Assembly: GCA_045536195.1 (NCBI GenBank)
Contig: JAZSNB010000118.1
Location: forward strand, 247 to 64,246
DNA length: 64,000 bases
Direction: 5' to 3'
DNA from: Acutalibacteraceae bacterium
Lineage (GTDB): Bacteria > Bacillota > Clostridia > Oscillospirales > Acutalibacteraceae
Shown: positions 41,603-52,449 of the stretch, one piece after another
Layout of the letters: every line of letters starts with the position of its first letter
Position numbering within the stretch: the first letter of the stretch is position 1
The notes under the pieces: model-generated
Told to the model about the DNA's origin: nothing
Database searches by the model: none
Seen by the model: the letters and a program-made list of their open reading frames with translations, nothing else
Translations under genes and position numbers: made by a program

Positions 41603-44600
41603 ATGTCTTGTTACTCAAAGCTTCTGCTTACCTCCCCCGAATATAAAAATATAAAAATCAATATCGAGAAAAACAGATTCCCTTTCGGAGTTCTGGGTGT
41701 TCCGCCTACCCCCAAGGCATTTCTCATTCACACACTGTGCGAGGAAAATCCGCACGGTGCTGTTGTGCTTGTGCCTGATGAGGCATCGGGAGAAAGGCTT
41801 TATACAGATCTTAAGGCTCTGGGCAGCCGCTGTGTCACATATCCCGCAAGAGATCTTGAGTTTCATCCTGTTGAAAGCAGCTCAAATGACTACGAACAGA
41901 AAAGAATAGGCGCACTCTCAAAAATGATTTCAGGTGAGTGCAATATTCTTATTCTCTCGGCAGAGGCCGCAATGGGCAGAACACTTCCCAAGGATGAGCT
42001 CATAAAAAGAACCTTCACACTCACCCCGGGAATGGAAATCACCACCGACGAAATCCGTGAAAAGCTTGTAAAATGCGGCTACAGCGCTGCGGATATGGTT
42101 GAGGGTGCAGGGCAATTTTCTTTAAGAGGCGGAATACTTGATATTTATCCGCCGAACAGCGAAAATCCCGTAAGAATTGAATTCTGGGGCGATGAAATAG
42201 ATACTATTGCTCAGTTTGATGTTATTTCACAGAGAAGAAAGGATAATACTGACAGCATTTCTCTTGCACCTGTCAAAGAAATCCTTATTGATGATACTGA
42301 AGCGCTCGCAGACAAGCTTGCCTCTCTCTGTAAAGGCATAAGAACAAAGAATGCCGCAAAGGTAAAGGAATTTCTTCAGAAGGACGAGGGGCTTTTAAGA
42401 AACGGTTTTCTTCCGGGCTGCTCAGACAAATATCTCCCTCTTGTTTATAAAGAAAAGGTAACACCCCTCGACTACTTTCCAGACAGTCTTCTTATAGTAA
42501 CGGAAACTGCAGGTGTAAAGGAAAAAGCAACAGCGAACGAAAAGCTTCATAATGAAGAGCTCAGAGAGCTGTTTCTTGACGGCGTGCTCTGTAAGGGACT
42601 TGATGATTATTACATCGGATTTTCAGAGATTTCGGATTATTACACTCTTTGCAGAACAATTTATGCGGACAACTTCGCAAGGGGCAGCTTTGACACCCCC
42701 GTAAGGGATCTTGTGAATTTTCACATCAATCAGATATCTGCCTGGGACGGCTCATACAAATTCCTGTTGGAGGATATCAGCCATCCCGTAAAAAACAAAT
42801 ATACAATTCTTGTCTTTGCAGGTACGGACAAAGCCGCCGCAGGTCTTTTTGAGGAGCTCACGGACGATGAATTCCCTGCGATTTTATGCAAAAACACTCC
42901 TGAGGTACTGCAGAAGGGATATATCAATATACTTTCCGGAGCACTCAATGCCGGCATGGACTATCCCGGAAAAAAGCTCATAGTTATAAGCTACGGCAGA
43001 CACGCAAAGGCAGAAAGACGCTCTGTAAAAAAATATCAGAAAAACAAAAACTCCTTCAACTCACTTGAAGAGCTTCACACAGGCGATTATGTTGTGCATA
43101 AAACCAACGGCATCGGCATTTTCGACGGTATACACAAGGTTCAGATGGAAGGAGTAACAAAAGATTATATAAAAATAAAATATGCTAAGGGCGACATTCT
43201 GTATGTCCCCGTCACAAAGCTTGAGCTTGTAACAAAATATGTAGGTCCCCACGAGGAGGATTCCTCAAGAACGGTCAAAATAAACCGTCTCGGCTCAGGC
43301 GACTGGGAAAAGACAAAGGCACGGGTCAGAGGCGCCGTAAAGGATATTGCGGCGGATCTTATAAAGCTTTATGCCGCAAGACAGAGTACTCCCGGCTTTG
43401 CTTTTTCACCCGACATAGATATGCAGAACGACTTTGAACGGCGTTTTGAATTTGAGGAAACAGAAGACCAGCTCAGATGTATAGATGAAATCAAATATGA
43501 CATGGAGAAAAACTGTCCTATGGACAGACTTCTCTGCGGTGATGTAGGCTTCGGAAAAACCGAGGTTGCCCTTCGTGCGGCATTCAAATGCATATGCGAC
43601 GGCAAGCAGGTGGCTCTTCTTGTCCCCACTACAATTCTTGCGCTTCAGCACTACAGAACAATACTTCACCGTTTTGAGGGCTTCCCCATAGAAGCGGATA
43701 TGCTCTGCCGTTTCAGAAATGCGAAGCAGCAGAAGGAAATAATCAAAAGAATAAAAGCAGGTGCCGTGGACATCATATCCGGCACACACCGTATTATTTC
43801 AAAGGATGTGGAATTCAAGGACCTGGGACTTCTTATTGTTGATGAGGAGCAGCGCTTCGGAGTGGCACAGAAGGAAAAGCTGAAGGAAAAATTCCCTGCC
43901 GTGGATGTTCTCACATTGTCGGCAACTCCTATTCCCCGTACTCTTAATCTTGCAATGTCGGGAATAAGAGACCTGTCTGTTATAGAAGAAGCGCCTATGG
44001 ACCGCTACCCGGTCCAGACCTATGTCATAGAACACGATATGGGTATTTTATCCCAGGCAATAGCAAAAGAGCTTCGTCGCGGCGGTCAGGTATATTATCT
44101 TCACAATAATATAAGCGATATAACCGAAACCGCGGGAGCACTGAAGGACTTTTTCCCCGATGCCGAAATTGCAGTTGCCCACGGTAAAATGAACGAGGAA
44201 GAGCTCTCCGACGTATGGAAAAAGCTTACGGAAGGCGAAATTGATATACTGGTATGCACCACCATCATTGAAACGGGTGTTGATGTGCCAAATGTAAACA
44301 CACTTATTATTGAAAATGCCGACAAAATGGGGCTTTCTCAGCTTCATCAGCTAAGAGGCAGAGTAGGCCGTTCCTCAAGAAGAGCCAGCTGCTACTGTAC
44401 CTTCAGAAAGGATAAGCAGCTCAGTGAAATTGCTGACCGGCGCCTTTCTGCCATACGTGAATTCTCACAGTTCGGCTCAGGCTTCAAAATTGCAATGAGA
44501 GACCTTGAAATCCGAGGGGCGGGCAATCTTCTCGGTGCAAGACAGCACGGCCACCTTGAATCAGTTGGCTATGATATGTATATGGAACTTCTCAGTGAAG

Positions 44601-45091
44601 CTATTGCAAAGCAGAAAAACGGAGAAGAAAACTACAAACCGAAAAACACCTGTCAGGTTGACATACAGACTGACGCATTCATACCCGAGGATTATATAAG
44701 CAGCTATCCTCAGAGAATTGGCATTTATAAGCGCATAGCAGATATTCATACCGAAGAGGATGCCTCAGATGTTCTTGATGAGCTTATTGACCGCTACGGC
44801 GAACCGCCTCAGTGCGTAATGGGACTTATTCAGGTTTCGCTTATGAGGAATTCTGCTGCCGACAGCGGAATATATGAAATCACACAGAGGGGTAATTCAC
44901 TGCTGTTATTTGTAAATGAGATAGACAAGAGCATTCTTTCAAAGCTTTCGGTTATGAGAGGAAGAGTTATGGCAAATGCATCTCAGAAGCCTTACTACTC
45001 AATAAGACTCAAGGATCCGAAAAATCCTGTAGATACCTTCAGGGAAATAATTCAGGCTCTCAATGCTGCAAAACAGATTCAGAACGACTGA
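41603..45091 (+). CDS. mfd: Transcription-repair coupling factor
   Basis: 1162 aa with a UvrB-homology N-terminus, a CarD-like domain (GDYVVHKTNGIGIF), the helicase motifs GDVGFGKTEVA and DEEQRFG, and a TRG motif. Confidence 0.95.
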   Translation: MSCYSKLLLTSPEYKNIKINIEKNRFPFGVLGVPPTPKAFLIHTLCEENPHGAVVLVPDEASGERLYTDLKALGSRCVTYPARDLEFHPVESSSNDYEQKRIGALSKMISGECNILILSAEAAMGRTLPKDELIKRTFTLTPGMEITTDEIREKLVKCGYSAADMVEGAGQFSLRGGILDIYPPNSENPVRIEFWGDEIDTIAQFDVISQRRKDNTDSISLAPVKEILIDDTEALADKLASLCKGIRTKNAAKVKEFLQKDEGLLRNGFLPGCSDKYLPLVYKEKVTPLDYFPDSLLIVTETAGVKEKATANEKLHNEELRELFLDGVLCKGLDDYYIGFSEISDYYTLCRTIYADNFARGSFDTPVRDLVNFHINQISAWDGSYKFLLEDISHPVKNKYTILVFAGTDKAAAGLFEELTDDEFPAILCKNTPEVLQKGYINILSGALNAGMDYPGKKLIVISYGRHAKAERRSVKKYQKNKNSFNSLEELHTGDYVVHKTNGIGIFDGIHKVQMEGVTKDYIKIKYAKGDILYVPVTKLELVTKYVGPHEEDSSRTVKINRLGSGDWEKTKARVRGAVKDIAADLIKLYAARQSTPGFAFSPDIDMQNDFERRFEFEETEDQLRCIDEIKYDMEKNCPMDRLLCGDVGFGKTEVALRAAFKCICDGKQVALLVPTTILALQHYRTILHRFEGFPIEADMLCRFRNAKQQKEIIKRIKAGAVDIISGTHRIISKDVEFKDLGLLIVDEEQRFGVAQKEKLKEKFPAVDVLTLSATPIPRTLNLAMSGIRDLSVIEEAPMDRYPVQTYVIEHDMGILSQAIAKELRRGGQVYYLHNNISDITETAGALKDFFPDAEIAVAHGKMNEEELSDVWKKLTEGEIDILVCTTIIETGVDVPNVNTLIIENADKMGLSQLHQLRGRVGRSSRRASCYCTFRKDKQLSEIADRRLSAIREFSQFGSGFKIAMRDLEIRGAGNLLGARQHGHLESVGYDMYMELLSEAIAKQKNGEENYKPKNTCQVDIQTDAFIPEDYISSYPQRIGIYKRIADIHTEEDASDVLDELIDRYGEPPQCVMGLIQVSLMRNSAADSGIYEITQRGNSLLLFVNEIDKSILSKLSVMRGRVMANASQKPYYSIRLKDPKNPVDTFREIIQALNAAKQIQND

Positions 45092-47234
45092 TATCAGCGT
45101 AATAAAACGTCCCTTTGTTCTCACGGCAGCTGCTGTCTTTATATGTCTCGTGCCTATGATATGTTTCGGACATCTTAAGGTATTACCCGTATTTCTTCTT
45201 CTTTCCGTCGGAGGAACCGTTATAAGCTTTATTTTTCCCGCATACGCAAAGCACATCTGCATTGTGATTGCATGTATGCTTACGGCATTTATATCCTTCT
45301 CATGTTCGGATACAAATCTGAATGCCGCACTTTCGGCTGAGGGAGAAAGCAGATTTATTTCGGGCACAGTCCGCAGCTACACAAAAAGCAACAGTGAAAA
45401 TGTTTATTCCTTCACACTTTCGGACTGCAAGGCAGAAAACAAAGCAATTCCGGGAAAAATTCTCGTTTATGCATATTCGCAGCCGGATGTAATCCCCGGT
45501 GACATAATAAGCTTCACTGCAGATGAATTAAAAGCATCCGCTAAAGAAGGCTTGTTCAGTCTGCATTCCTTATCATCAGGAACATATCTTTGCGCTTACG
45601 GTGCACAAGGTATCAATATTGAAGGTAAGGATGAAGCAGACGGAATATATTACGCTATACTTTCAGCGGCAAGGCTTACACAGGAAAAATTTTTCGGTAA
45701 TATGCCGGAAGATGAAGCCGCCGTTGCCACATCACTTATTACAGGCGACAAGGATTATCTTGACGATGAAACCGTATCGGGTCTGAGACAAAGCGGCATT
45801 TCACACATTTTTGCCGTATCGGGCATGCATCTTACAATATGGACAGGCATGTTTTTTATATTTTTCCGAAAACGCTCTCTCTCAAAATTTATTCCGAATG
45901 CCCTTGCCGCAATCTTCGTCCTTTTCTACATTGTTTTCACAGGCTTCTCACCGTCGGTGCTTCGTGCAGGCATAATGCTTATATGTGTGTTTGCGGGAAG
46001 AATTTTCAGACGCAGTGCAGAAACGCTCAATTCTCTGGGACTTGCCGTAACAGCTCTTCTCACACATGAGCCTTTTCTCTGCGGCAATATTTCATTTCTT
46101 CTCTCCTGCTTATCCACACTCACACTTATTCTGACCTCTGAAAAGCTTTCGGGTTCCCCGGGAAAACAAGATCAGAAGGGATATCTTTTCAGAAAAGTCT
46201 TTGTCTATATAACAGATTCCTTGAAAATATCCGTAGCAGTTATTATTTCAACATTGCTGCCCGTAACCTTGTTTTTCGGTTATATTTCCGTATTTTCTCC
46301 TGTGTCTTCCCTTCTTATGACACCCGTGGCTGAGGGAGTTATGATAACAGGAGCTTTGGCAGGTCTTTTGCCCGAGGGTATATTTTTAGGAGAAATACTG
46401 TTCGGAATATGCGGATTTTTCAGCAGAATTTTAATCAATTATGTTACATTTATAAGGCAGTTCAGCTTCAGCATTTTTCCCGTAACACTATCCGGCATTG
46501 CGATATGCTCTGCTGTTGCCGCAGCAATATACTTTTTTATTCCTGTTTTCTCAAAGCAGAAAAGAACCCTTACCTCATTCGTGCTTACTTTTGCAGGTGT
46601 AATACTTGTCTTTGCAGGTGCTTCTGCTGCAACAGTAAAAGAAGAAACGGAGATTTTTATTCCTGTCGATACAGAGAGCTTCACGGTATCATTATATAAA
46701 AAGGGACAGTTTTCGGCTGTATACTGTCCCGGTAAGGATTATGACGCAGCGGTACAGAACAGAATCTTTCTGACCTCCCGCGGGGTCACTGAGACAGATT
46801 TTCTTTTGCTTCCCGACTATACCGTAAAGGATTACAGTAATCACAGATATCTTAAAAGAAATCTCTTTCCCGTAAATACATATGAAGCCGATGAAAATAA
46901 AGCTGAAAACGGTTTCGGCTTTATTTGTGCATTGAGCGACAGCACAAAAATATACTCTGAATTCAGAAAGGATTTTTCCGCAGCTGTATTTATAACCGAT
47001 GAGATAAAAACGGTTATGCTGATAAAATATGATCCTGCCGCTCCCCTTCCGTATTTTTATAACAGTTCAGACATTCTGATCTGCTCAGGAAGTATCCCGG
47101 AAAATATAAACAGAGAAAACTATTCGGATATTCTTATTCTTTCAAAGGAAAAGCCCGATGAAAAAGCCGTTTATTCAAATCACGAAAAATCACTTTTAAT
47201 CACCGTAAAAGGAGAAAGCTATGCCGTTTATTAA
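45063..47234 (+). CDS. comEC: ComEC/Rec2 DNA-internalisation channel protein with a degenerate C-terminal metallo-beta-lactamase-like region
   Basis: 723 aa, polytopic membrane protein. The competence-domain signature is GLRQSGISHIFAVSGMHLTIW. The C-terminal about 200 aa lack an HxHxDH motif. The exact start is uncertain because the ORF overlaps the mfd end by 29 nt. Confidence 0.8.
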   Translation: MLQNRFRTTDISVIKRPFVLTAAAVFICLVPMICFGHLKVLPVFLLLSVGGTVISFIFPAYAKHICIVIACMLTAFISFSCSDTNLNAALSAEGESRFISGTVRSYTKSNSENVYSFTLSDCKAENKAIPGKILVYAYSQPDVIPGDIISFTADELKASAKEGLFSLHSLSSGTYLCAYGAQGINIEGKDEADGIYYAILSAARLTQEKFFGNMPEDEAAVATSLITGDKDYLDDETVSGLRQSGISHIFAVSGMHLTIWTGMFFIFFRKRSLSKFIPNALAAIFVLFYIVFTGFSPSVLRAGIMLICVFAGRIFRRSAETLNSLGLAVTALLTHEPFLCGNISFLLSCLSTLTLILTSEKLSGSPGKQDQKGYLFRKVFVYITDSLKISVAVIISTLLPVTLFFGYISVFSPVSSLLMTPVAEGVMITGALAGLLPEGIFLGEILFGICGFFSRILINYVTFIRQFSFSIFPVTLSGIAICSAVAAAIYFFIPVFSKQKRTLTSFVLTFAGVILVFAGASAATVKEETEIFIPVDTESFTVSLYKKGQFSAVYCPGKDYDAAVQNRIFLTSRGVTETDFLLLPDYTVKDYSNHRYLKRNLFPVNTYEADENKAENGFGFICALSDSTKIYSEFRKDFSAAVFITDEIKTVMLIKYDPAAPLPYFYNSSDILICSGSIPENINRENYSDILILSKEKPDEKAVYSNHEKSLLITVKGESYAVY

Positions 47235-48255
47235 TGAAGATGAATTTGCAAAATTGCTTAAAGCAGATATAAAAGAACATATTTTTCTTTTTACGGGCGA
47301 TGACGATTATCTTAAGGAATTTTACTGCTCAAAGCTTACGGCAAAAACCGTGGATGAAAGCCTTATGTTTTTTAACTATCACTCTTATGAGGATGACACA
47401 GTCCCCCTGGATACGGTTTTTGCCGACGGTGAAAACCTGCCCGTTATGGCGGAAAAAACCTGTCTTTTGGTAAAAAACTATGCTCTTTCAGAGCTCAAAA
47501 CCGCAGAGCTTACGGACTTTGAAAACAGCTTAAAAAACCTTCCGGAAAGTACGGTAATGATTTTTTATTTCAGTGCTTCAAAAATCCCGTCAGGAAAAAA
47601 TGCAAAGTGGGACAATATTGAAAAGCTTTTCGGGAAATACGGTACCGTTGTAAAAATTGAGCACCGCACCCCGGCAAAAACAGCAAAGCTGCTTGTTTCC
47701 CGTGCAAAAGAAAAAGGAACCTCCATAGATTATGAAACCGCCTATTATCTTGTCACAAGCGTGGGAGATGATATGCAGACCGTTCTCAATGAGTTCAACA
47801 AGGTCTGTGCTTTTTCCTGCGGTGAGCCTGTCACAAAGGAAATGATAGATAACACCGCAGTAAAGAGTGTGGAGGCATCTGTTTTTGATATAAGTTCAAG
47901 CATTTTCTCAGGCGACACTGATAAAGCCTTCAGTATACTCAACGAGCTTTTGAGACAGAAAACTCCCGTAAATTCAATTATCGGCGCCCTGGGAAGCGCA
48001 TATGTAAACCTCTACCGTCTTAAGGTTGCACTCAATGCCGATAAAAATGTTTCCGATTTCAGCGAAGCCTTCCAGTATAAAGAAACACGCCACACCTTCG
48101 GGAAAATACTTCCCTTTGCCAAGGCAAGCAGACTTTCAGATATAAGAAAGGCTCTTGATATTCTCCTTGAAGCTGATACTAAAAGCAAGAGCAGCAAAAT
48201 TCAGGATGATATCCTTCTTACTGAGCTTATTTCAAAACTTGCATCATTAAGGTGA
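47221..48255 (+). CDS. holA: DNA polymerase III delta subunit
   Basis: 344 aa. It has the conserved position after comEC, and the N-terminus IFLFTGDDDYLKE is typical of HolA. Confidence 0.8.
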   Translation: MPFINEDEFAKLLKADIKEHIFLFTGDDDYLKEFYCSKLTAKTVDESLMFFNYHSYEDDTVPLDTVFADGENLPVMAEKTCLLVKNYALSELKTAELTDFENSLKNLPESTVMIFYFSASKIPSGKNAKWDNIEKLFGKYGTVVKIEHRTPAKTAKLLVSRAKEKGTSIDYETAYYLVTSVGDDMQTVLNEFNKVCAFSCGEPVTKEMIDNTAVKSVEASVFDISSSIFSGDTDKAFSILNELLRQKTPVNSIIGALGSAYVNLYRLKVALNADKNVSDFSEAFQYKETRHTFGKILPFAKASRLSDIRKALDILLEADTKSKSSKIQDDILLTELISKLASLR

Positions 48256-48259
48256 TATA

Positions 48260-48853
48260 ATGCTTCATACCGATAAAGCTATAATAGTCGAAGGAAGATA
48301 CGACAAAGCCCGTCTTTCGGGTGTGGTTGATGCTCTTATAATAACCACCGACGGCTTCGGTATCTTCAACTCAAAGGAAAAACAGACTCTCATCAAAAAA
48401 ATTGCCCGCGAAAGAGGTATTCTCATTCTTACAGATTCAGATGCGGCAGGCTTTAAGATAAGAAATTTTCTTAAAAATATTGCTCCCGAAGGCAGTGTCA
48501 CCCATGCATATATACCCGACATATACGGAAAAGAAAAAAGAAAAGAGCTGCCTTCAAAGGAAGGAAAGCTCGGTGTCGAGGGAATAGACAATTCCCTGCT
48601 GGAAATAAGTCTTAAAAACAGCGGTCTGTTTTCGGAAAACGGTAAAAACTATAATCCCCGTCCCATAACCCCTGCCGACCTGTTTGAGTTAGGGCTTTCC
48701 GGAGGGGAAAACAGCACCGACAAAAGACGTCGGCTTCTTCTGTCAGCAGGGCTTCCTGCCAGACTTACAGGCAGAAATCTATTAGAAGTGCTCAACACTT
48801 TTTTTACCTTTGAAGAGCTGAAGACCAAGGTGCAGGCACTTTTTTCCGATTGA
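48260..48853 (+). CDS. Toprim domain protein (RNase M5-like / DUF4093 type)
   Basis: 197 aa: AIIVEGRYDKARL...ILILTDSDAAGFKIRNFLK, a Toprim E...DxD signature. Confidence 0.7.
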   Translation: MLHTDKAIIVEGRYDKARLSGVVDALIITTDGFGIFNSKEKQTLIKKIARERGILILTDSDAAGFKIRNFLKNIAPEGSVTHAYIPDIYGKEKRKELPSKEGKLGVEGIDNSLLEISLKNSGLFSENGKNYNPRPITPADLFELGLSGGENSTDKRRRLLLSAGLPARLTGRNLLEVLNTFFTFEELKTKVQALFSD

Positions 48854-48897
48854 CATTTATTTTCCCGTTGTATACAATTAATCCGGAGGTGATCAGT

Positions 48898-49434
48898 ATG
48901 AGCAAAAAAGCAAAAATACTCACGGCATTAGTATCTGTTATCGTGCTGCTTGCAGGCATAAGCATAACTGTATTTTCGGTTGCAGGAGGTAAAAAGCCTG
49001 CTGTGCAATCGGGTAATTTCGCAAATACTATTGCAGACAGAATAGAAATCACCGTTGAAAACACAGAGTTTGTTCTGAAAAAATCAAGCGACAAGGCAGA
49101 ATCCTTCACTCTTACAATGTTTATCTCTGCAAAAAAAACGCAGCCTGATTTTTATGCGGTATTAGACAGCATCGAATTGACCTCACTTGCCTATGATAAT
49201 ATTGTTTATACAGCTAAAAGCGAGGCGGCGGAAAATAAAACTGTCAATTCCCTCCCGCTCACATCAACAAACGGTGAAGCCGATATTTTCAGCTGGCAGA
49301 CCGATATAACTCTTTCCGTGCTCGGCAAGGGAGTTTATAATTCCGTTCTTAAAATCAGCTACACATCAGGAATAACAAAAAACACTGCACAAAGTAAATT
49401 TATGGAAATACCGATAAAGATTACAGTGGAATGA
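48898..49434 (+). CDS. Hypothetical membrane-anchored protein
   Basis: The start MSKKAKILTALVSVIVLLAGISITVF follows GGAGGTGA. A TTGACA-17-TACAAT promoter lies at 48851-48879. I recognise no family. Confidence 0.55.
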   Translation: MSKKAKILTALVSVIVLLAGISITVFSVAGGKKPAVQSGNFANTIADRIEITVENTEFVLKKSSDKAESFTLTMFISAKKTQPDFYAVLDSIELTSLAYDNIVYTAKSEAAENKTVNSLPLTSTNGEADIFSWQTDITLSVLGKGVYNSVLKISYTSGITKNTAQSKFMEIPIKITVE

Positions 49435-49435
49435 A

Positions 49436-49482
49436 AAAGCAACCCCCTTCGCCCGAAAGCAAACGGCGAAGGGGGATTTTTT
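49436..49482. terminator. Bidirectional terminator between convergent genes
   Basis: The hairpin CCCCCTTCGCC-10 nt-GGCGAAGGGGG is flanked by an A-run and a T-run. Confidence 0.7.
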
Positions 49483-49487
49483 CAGTT

Positions 49488-51389
49488 TTAGTTTTCAGAT
49501 AAGTATTCAGATAACTCAAGCCATTCCATTTCCATTTCATCAATGGCAGAATTTATATCCTCAAGCTGTTTTGTAAGCTCTATCACTTTTTCAAAATCCG
49601 AGGCAGCTTCAGGAGAAGAAAGAATACTATTCAGCTCCTCTCTTTTTTGCTGTGCCTCTTCAAGCTCAGCTTCAAGCCTTGAAAACCTTGTTTTTTTCTT
49701 TCTCAGCTGACTTTCAAGCTCTTTTCTCAGCTTATAGTCATTCACCTTCTTAGGTGCTTTTTCCTGCACTGCAACGGTTTCTTCTGCCAAAAACTTCAGA
49801 TAGTCGTCATAATTGCCCTCATAGGAATTTATGATTTCACCGCTGAAATAAAGAATTTTTGAGGCTACACGGTTCACAAAATATCTGTCGTGAGAAACAC
49901 AGAGAATAGTTCCGTCATAATCCCTGAGAGCTTCCTCAAGCACCTCACGGGAATTGAAATCAAGATGGTTTGTGGGCTCGTCGAGAATAAGAAAATTCGG
50001 TTTTTTGAGAATGAGAATAAGAAGTGCAACTCTTGCTCTTTCACCGCCCGAAAGATCACACATCAGCTTTTCAATATCATCATTGCGAAAATTGAATGCT
50101 CCGAGGTATCCTCTGAGCTCAGATATTGTCTTTGTGGGAAAACGGTCATAAAGCTCATTGAGAATTGTTTTTGATGACATCAGAGTTTTCTGAGTCTGTT
50201 CAAAATATCCCACATTTACATTGTGACCGAAGCGGGAGAAGCCGTCATCCTTGGGTATCTTATTCATAATAAGTCCGAGAAGAGTAGTTTTTCCGCAGCC
50301 GTTAGGACCTAAAACAAATACCTTTTCTCCCCGTCTTATATCAAGCTTTACACCGCTGAAAAGAACCTTACCGTCATATTCCTTTTTAAGATTCTCGGCA
50401 ATAAGCACCTCATCGCCTGTTCTTACACATTCATCAAATCTTAATTTTACGGTTTTTTCTTTAGGCGGAACATCAGGCATTCCTGCCTTTATTCTTTCAA
50501 TCTGCTTTTCCTTGCTTGCAATAGTGATATAGTTTCTCTCCTGATTGAACTGCTTTTGCTGTTCAATCATTTTTTCTATGCGCTTTATTTCAATCTGAGC
50601 CTTTTCATATTCACGGCGGTCGCTTTCAAGCCGCAGTTCCTTTGTTTTTATATAAGCTGAATATGAGCCCTTTCCCTGATAAAGCCTTCTGTTGGCAATT
50701 TCAAGTGTACGTGTTGTAGTTTTATCAAGAAAATAACGGTCGTGAGAAACAATAATAACCGTACCGCAGGCTTTCCCGATAAAATCCTCAAGCCATTCCA
50801 CACTTCTGATATCAAGATGATTTGTAGGCTCATCGAGAAGCATAATATCAGGCTCACTGAGAAGAAGCTTTCCCAGACTCAGTTTTGTTCTCTGTCCGCC
50901 CGATAAGGCTGACACGGGAAGCTTTTCTTCCTCAGGCGTAAAGCCCAGTCCCATAAGACAGGAGTGTGCTCTGTTTTTATATGTAAGTCCGCCCTTATTC
51001 TGATATTCCTCGGTAAGGGCAGCCTGCATTTCTATATATTGAGGCACTTTTCCGTCGGTAAGCTCTATTTTTCTGTGAAGTTCCTCAAGCTCCTTTTCTA
51101 TTTCAAAAAGCCGGGAAAAAACGGTAAGAAGCTCATCATAAACATTAAGTGTGCTTCCCGCGCATGCGTGCTGCTCAACAAAGCCAACCTCAGTAGCAAA
51201 AGCCTTTACAACTCTTCCGTCTGTGGGTTCAAGCTCTCCGCACAATGCTCTCAGCAGTGTGGTTTTTCCGCAGCCGTTTGAACCGATAAGACCTATTTTG
51301 TCACCTTTGGCAATATCAAAGGTAGCGTTTATTATAATGTCCCTCTGCGCAAAAGAAAGGCAGAGATTCTGACAGCTTATCAATGACAT
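49488..51389 (-). CDS. ABC-F family ATPase (two ABC domains, no TMD, C-terminal coiled coil)
   Basis: 633 aa with two Walker A motifs (GSNGCGKTT, GPNGCGKTT), two LSGG signatures and a linker between the ABC domains. Confidence 0.9.
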   Translation of the reverse strand: MSLISCQNLCLSFAQRDIIINATFDIAKGDKIGLIGSNGCGKTTLLRALCGELEPTDGRVVKAFATEVGFVEQHACAGSTLNVYDELLTVFSRLFEIEKELEELHRKIELTDGKVPQYIEMQAALTEEYQNKGGLTYKNRAHSCLMGLGFTPEEEKLPVSALSGGQRTKLSLGKLLLSEPDIMLLDEPTNHLDIRSVEWLEDFIGKACGTVIIVSHDRYFLDKTTTRTLEIANRRLYQGKGSYSAYIKTKELRLESDRREYEKAQIEIKRIEKMIEQQKQFNQERNYITIASKEKQIERIKAGMPDVPPKEKTVKLRFDECVRTGDEVLIAENLKKEYDGKVLFSGVKLDIRRGEKVFVLGPNGCGKTTLLGLIMNKIPKDDGFSRFGHNVNVGYFEQTQKTLMSSKTILNELYDRFPTKTISELRGYLGAFNFRNDDIEKLMCDLSGGERARVALLILILKKPNFLILDEPTNHLDFNSREVLEEALRDYDGTILCVSHDRYFVNRVASKILYFSGEIINSYEGNYDDYLKFLAEETVAVQEKAPKKVNDYKLRKELESQLRKKKTRFSRLEAELEEAQQKREELNSILSSPEAASDFEKVIELTKQLEDINSAIDEMEMEWLELSEYLSEN

Positions 51390-51401
51390 TTTTATATTTC
51401 C

Positions 51402-52364
51402 TTATGTTTCAGTTTTAAGAATACGAAGCTTTCCTGTTACGGTATATTCACCCTTTGCAGCAGGAATAAAAATACTGGAACCCTTTTTAAGGCTGATTTT
51501 TTCTTCACCGCAGGTAATCTCACCTTCACCGTCGAGCACCAGAAGAGAAATGAAGGATTTTTCACTTGCATTGTCCTTAAATATGTTTTCACTTTCAACA
51601 AGAATCATTCTGAAATAATCACAGCCGGTAAGATATGTTACCCTTGCACCGTCCTCATTCTTTTCTTCACCTTCAGGTGAGAAATCAACATCCATAGCCT
51701 TGAGGTCAACAACATCAACAGCTTTTTTGACATGAAGCTCTCTGAGGTTACCGTTTTTGTCCCGCCTCATATAATCAAAAACTCTGTAGGTAGAGTTTGA
51801 GCTTTGCTGAACCTCTGCAAGAAGAATTCCCGCACCGATTGCATGAAGCATACCTGAAGGAATAAATACCACATCACCGGGCTTTACCTTAACAACATTC
51901 ATATCATCAAGCAGTGTACCGTTTTCTATAGCAGCTGCAAACTCTTCTTTTGTCATATCGTGATTTACTCCGTAAATCAGACTCGCATCATCTTCACAGC
52001 CGAGCACATACCATGCTTCTGTTTTTCCGTTTTCGTTCTCGAATTCACGGGCATATTCATCATCGGGATGAACCTGAACAGACAATTTGTCGCAGGCATC
52101 AATGATTTTTATAAGCACGGGAAAATCCTTGATATCCTTATTATTTGTACCGAGAACATCTTTTCCCTCAGCATCAATTACCTCACTCAGGGTTTTTCCG
52201 TCATACCGTCCGCCGATAACAAAGCTGGGACCGTCTTTATGGCAGGAAAGAAGCCATGCTTCGGCTGCGTTATCTCCGTCAGTTTCAAAGCCGTAGTCAT
52301 CAATAAGCTTTCTTCCGCCCCATATAGTTTCCTTGAGAGTGGGATAAAGTGATAATATTTCCAT
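51402..52364 (-). CDS. manA: Mannose-6-phosphate isomerase, class I
   Basis: 320 aa: LKETIWGGRKL, LSVQVHPDD and GMLHAIG, a cupin-type PMI. Confidence 0.85.
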   Translation of the reverse strand: MEILSLYPTLKETIWGGRKLIDDYGFETDGDNAAEAWLLSCHKDGPSFVIGGRYDGKTLSEVIDAEGKDVLGTNNKDIKDFPVLIKIIDACDKLSVQVHPDDEYAREFENENGKTEAWYVLGCEDDASLIYGVNHDMTKEEFAAAIENGTLLDDMNVVKVKPGDVVFIPSGMLHAIGAGILLAEVQQSSNSTYRVFDYMRRDKNGNLRELHVKKAVDVVDLKAMDVDFSPEGEEKNEDGARVTYLTGCDYFRMILVESENIFKDNASEKSFISLLVLDGEGEITCGEEKISLKKGSSIFIPAAKGEYTVTGKLRILKTET

Positions 52365-52420
52365 AACAGCGGTTCGGACTCAGAAGGTCCGTCCTTTCTT
52401 TATTTTTATTATAATAAAAG

Positions 52421-52449
52421 ATTATATCAAATCGTACCGCTTTAGTCAA
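52421..52449 (-). promoter_or_regulatory. Sigma-A type promoter upstream of manA
   Basis: Minus strand has TTGACT, a 17-nt spacer, then TATAAT. Confidence 0.55.
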
